64,000 nt of DNA from Octopus vulgaris (Eukaryota), in contig OX597839.1 in assembly GCA_951406725.2 (NCBI GenBank), positions 9,424,001-9,488,000 on the forward strand. Reading direction: 5' to 3'. The notes beneath the pieces were generated by a model. It had not been told where the DNA came from and searched no databases. It worked only from the letters and a program-made list of their open reading frames with translations. The position numbers were made by a program, and so were the translations under genes. The number at the start of each line of letters is the position of its first letter. Position 1 is the first letter of the stretch. This document shows positions 62,343-64,000 of the stretch, one piece after another.

Positions 62343-62755
62343 GGATCTTTTCGGTTTGAACGGCAGTTTTTTCTAGCGGTGTCATATGAAATTGTCACCC
62401 ATAATTATGACCCTCGTATCGATCTATTGCATTTCAATCTGTTTTGGGGTTAGGGTTAAGGGTGGGGGAAAGGTATCTTTTTTAATTCAGAAATGTAAAT
62501 AAACCCAATCTGTTTCTTAAACGAGGGACATATTCATACGGCACAGAATGTTTTTTTACCTCAATGGACGTCATTGATTGGTTGAAATTGCAGACACTGA
62601 AGAAAAACAACAACAAATATCTTACTATAGAATTTTCTCAATAAAGCCAAGAGAAAAAGATGTTTTATAAACACATTCTACCAGTATACGAAGTTTAAAA
62701 GTGTTTAGTTACATGGAAATTATGTTAAAAACTGCCTTTCAAACCGAAAAAGTCC
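62343..62755 (-). mobile_element. Second copy of the 58235 MITE, inverted
   Basis: Same TIRs and internal sequence in the opposite orientation; no TSD seen. Confidence 0.9.
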
Positions 62756-62948
62756 CTTCATACCAAATTGCCCTCTGACATACTCACATATGCTCATAAA
62801 AATAAAGAAATATTACTCCTGCTAATTCATCAGAAGGTATAGAAGCTAAGGGATACGTATACACGGATACAGCAACAAACCAGAGCAACTGTAATGTAAT
62901 ACAACCGTGTATATGTTTGGATGGATGGATGGATGGATGGAGCATATA

Positions 62949-62997
<49 letters not shown>

Positions 62998-64000
62998 AAG
63001 TGACCCTTGCATGTTTCTAACTACAGACGAAGCATATCGAAGCTTCGAAATGCGTATTGTGTTGTCTGTTGTTGAGTACTGATAAAAATAAGGCGTAACT
63101 TCGGTATAAGTACTGGATACATTTCAAAAGTGTTGTTTTTTTTATTATATATATATGGGAGGTTAGGGTTAAGGTTAGGGGTGGGAGAAAAGGGTTTGTT
63201 ATCTTCAGAAATGTAAACAAAGCCACGTGTGTACTTATACCGAATGATCGCCAAAAATAAATAAGTCATGGAAAAATAAACCAACCGATTTGATAGAAAT
63301 AAAATCTATTTGTAGAAATTTACTTACAGACGATAAACTAACTCGGTGAGTAATTTTAAAAACTTTATTATGAATAATAATAATAATTTCTGAGGTGCAA
63401 GGCCAGTAATTTTGTCGGGTAGGAACAGGGTAGGAAAATCGACCGCAGTTAAGAACTTGCTTTCAGAGGATTTGATTTTATTTTAAACTTAGAATGTAAA
63501 GGGAAACAACTATTGCAAAGCAATAATTTAGTTTGTTTCACTACAGATCATGTCATAAATAATGAATTCTGATAAAGGCAAAGGCCTCCAAAATTTGTGG
63601 GGAGGAAACTGTAAATAAGACTGACATTAGTACGGGGCTGGTACTTGTTTTATCAACTTGAGACTGATGAAAAGTGAAGTTGACTTTAACAAGCTTTTCA
63701 CTCAGACTGTAAAGGGACGTAACTGGATGCGGTAATAAATAATAATGAAATTATTGTATACAGTGCTGAGGTGCACCACAACTTGTCAGAAAGTGCTTAT
63801 AAAGTACATGCAGTAATGTAGAAATGTCTGGAAAGCGAACTATGTATGAGTCAGATACAAGTCATTTGACTGTCGCCCGGCCAAATCTGCCGTGATAACA
63901 ATTTATTTATTTATTATGCCATAATTAATATTCGTTGAAAGATGTCAAAAGCCGGGGATCTTCACTAAATACCTAAAGTTTTTGAGTCACGACCCTTAAC

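Noticed and set aside
63025-63062. Hammerhead-like CAGACGA...GAAATGCGTA
   Set aside because: The core is altered, helix I is very weak and no repeat context was found; probably chance.

Overview
AT-rich, repeat-dominated eukaryotic DNA, most consistent with an octopus (coleoid cephalopod) intronic or intergenic region. That assignment is inferred from tRNA-derived SINEs resembling the octopus OK/OR1/OR2 types and from very abundant (TA)n, (TACA)n, (GATA)n and (CT)n microsatellites. There is no intact protein-coding gene; almost all listed ORFs are SINE or microsatellite artefacts. The window is a layered graveyard of mobile elements: at least five SINE families; RTE, RTEX, CR1/Jockey-group, Tx1 and R4/Dong-type LINE remnants; Penelope GIY-YIG remnants; a fragmented Gypsy element (gag-PR-RT-RH, 46.9-52.2 kb); Helitron pieces; and mariner/Tc1, hAT and piggyBac-type MITEs, often nested 2-3 deep. 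The most interesting signal is a set of minimal type I hammerhead ribozyme motifs (4471, 17266, 18430, 41265; degenerate at 18929 and 26003) in short Penelope-type repeats, mostly next to (TA)n tracts. A few weak minus-strand exon candidates exist but their phases do not join. All family assignments come from motif recognition by eye, not database searches, and coordinates of degenerate elements are approximate.
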